From the sequence record EF517092.1: DNA of 565 nt; one strand, 5' to 3'. Under the pieces are notes generated by a model. It saw only the letters and a list, made by a program, of their open reading frames with translations, was not told where the DNA came from and searched no databases. Positions 1 through 565 of this stretch are shown here, in pieces. A program made the position numbers and the translations under genes. How positions within the stretch are numbered: position 1 is the first letter of the stretch; every line of letters starts with the position of its first letter. This DNA is from a phage.

Positions 1-441
1 GTTCCGGCTGCTGACCGTGTGTTCTACTGTGACCCAGATAGCTATTCTGCGATTCTGGCAGCACTGATGCCGAACGCAGCAAACTACGCTGCTCTGATTG
101 ACCCTGAGAAAGGTTCTATCCACAACGTTATGGGCTTTGAGGTTGTAGAAGTTCCGCACCTCACCGCTGGTGGTGCTGGTACCGCTCGTGAGGGCACTAC
201 TGGTCAGAAGCACGTCTTCCCTGCCAATAAAGGTGAGGGTAATGTCAAGGTTGCTAAGGACAACGTTATCGGCCTGTTCATGCACCGCTCTGCGGTAGGT
301 ACTGTTAAACTGCGTGACTTGGCTTTGGAGCGCGCTCGCCGTGCTAATTTCCAAGCGGACCAGATTATCGCTAAGTACGCAATGGGCCACGGTGGTCTTC
401 GTCCAGAAGCTGCTGGTGCAGTGGTTTTCAAAGTGAAGTAA
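1..441 (+). CDS. 10A: Major capsid protein 10A, C-terminal part (5'-partial; the gene starts upstream of the window). Frame +1 is open from base 1 to TAA at 439..441.
   Basis: Frame +1 has no stop from base 1 and translates VPAADRVFYCDPDSYSAILAALMPNAANYAALIDPEKGS...GHGGLRPEAAGAVVFKVK*. This matches my recollection of the C-terminal region of T7 major capsid protein gp10A. The ORF track start at 19 is an internal GTG (Val) codon, not the real start. Codon choice (GGT, GCT, CGT, CTG, AAC) fits a highly expressed gene. Confidence 0.9.
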   Translation, partial: VPAADRVFYCDPDSYSAILAALMPNAANYAALIDPEKGSIHNVMGFEVVEVPHLTAGGAGTAREGTTGQKHVFPANKGEGNVKVAKDNVIGLFMHRSAVGTVKLRDLALERARRANFQADQIIAKYAMGHGGLRPEAAGAVVFKVK

Positions 442-565
442 TGCTGGGGGTGACCTCAACGGTCGCTGCTAGTTCCGAAGAGGCGAGTGTTACTTCAACA
501 GAAGAAACCTTAACGCCAGCACAGAAGGCCACACGCACCCGTGCTGCTAACAAAGCTCGAAAGGA
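1..565 (+). CDS. 10B: Minor capsid protein 10B, made by programmed -1 ribosomal frameshift: join(1..429, 429..565). Partial at both ends; the stop lies beyond the window.
   Basis: After the heptamer at 423..429 the -1 frame (codons from 429: CAA AGT GAA GTA ATG CTG ...) has no stop to the window end. It translates QSEVMLGVTSTVAASSEEASVTSTEETLTPAQKATRTRAANKARK, which matches my recollection of the T7 gp10B-specific tail. In T7, 10B is about 53 residues longer than 10A, so roughly 10 more codons plus the stop are expected just past base 565. Confidence 0.8.
423..429 (+). other. Slippery heptamer G GTT TTC (programmed -1 frameshift site), positioned so that GTT and TTC are zero-frame codons
   Basis: GGTTTTC sits at 423..429 with zero-frame codons GTT (424..426) and TTC (427..429). 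The zero-frame stop TAA is 10 nt downstream and the -1 frame is open beyond it. This is the heptamer reported for T7 gene 10 frameshifting. Confidence 0.8.
434..497 (+). other. Candidate RNA stem-loop 3' of the slippery site: long-range stem 434..445 paired with 486..497, enclosing a small hairpin at 449..467
   Basis: Paired by hand: 434-445 (TGAAGTAATGCT) with 486-497 (AGTGTTACTTCA) gives 12 bp, 10 Watson-Crick and 2 G-U (442:489, 443:488). Inner hairpin: GACC 452..455 pairs with GGTC 461..464 around loop TCAAC, extendable by 451:465 (G-U), 450:466 and 449:467 (G-U). The spacer from the heptamer end (429) to the stem start (434) is 4 nt. No folding energy was computed. Confidence 0.3.

Noticed and set aside
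19-21. GTG at 19 given as the ORF start (Met) in the ORF track
   Set aside because: Frame +1 is open upstream to base 1 (VPAADR...) and the protein continues the capsid sequence, so this GTG is an internal Val codon. The real start is upstream of the window.
204-431. 75-aa ORF on the minus strand from the ORF track
   Set aside because: It lies entirely antisense within the strongly supported capsid CDS. Its translation is Arg/Ala/Ser/Pro-rich in the way typical of antisense frames of coding sequence, and I recognise no start context or similarity to any protein. Almost certainly spurious.
441-565. ATG at 441..443, overlapping the 10A stop as TAATG, as an independent start for a downstream ORF in the -1 frame
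   Set aside because: No convincing Shine-Dalgarno sequence at suitable spacing upstream; only GAAG lies about 2 nt before the ATG. The ORF frame continues seamlessly from the GGTTTTC slip site and matches the known 10B tail, so a frameshift extension is the better explanation than separate initiation.
442-565. Looked for the T-phi transcription terminator and for T7 promoter consensus (TAATACGACTCACTATAG) downstream of the 10A stop
   Set aside because: No T7 promoter consensus and no GC-rich hairpin followed by a U-run is present. The region is still coding in the 10B frame, so the terminator is expected beyond base 565.
1-565. Possibility of a novel or previously undescribed system in this window
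   Set aside because: The whole window is accounted for by one well-characterised phage structural gene and its known frameshift extension. There are no unexplained ORFs, repeats or intergenic sequence.

Overview
This window is the 3' end of the major capsid protein gene (gene 10) of a T7-like podophage; from memory of the T7 protein sequence it is T7 itself or a near-identical relative. Frame +1 is open from base 1 and encodes the C-terminal ~147 residues of capsid protein 10A, ending at TAA 439..441. Ten nucleotides upstream of that stop lies the heptamer GGTTTTC (423..429), the known gene 10 programmed -1 frameshift site. The -1 frame beyond it is open to the end of the window and encodes the Ser/Thr/Ala/Glu-rich tail of minor capsid protein 10B. 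I see no promoter, terminator, RNA gene, repeat array or mobile element. I do not find a novel system here: this is a well-characterised locus, and the most notable content is the recoding site plus a candidate downstream RNA structure that I paired by hand.
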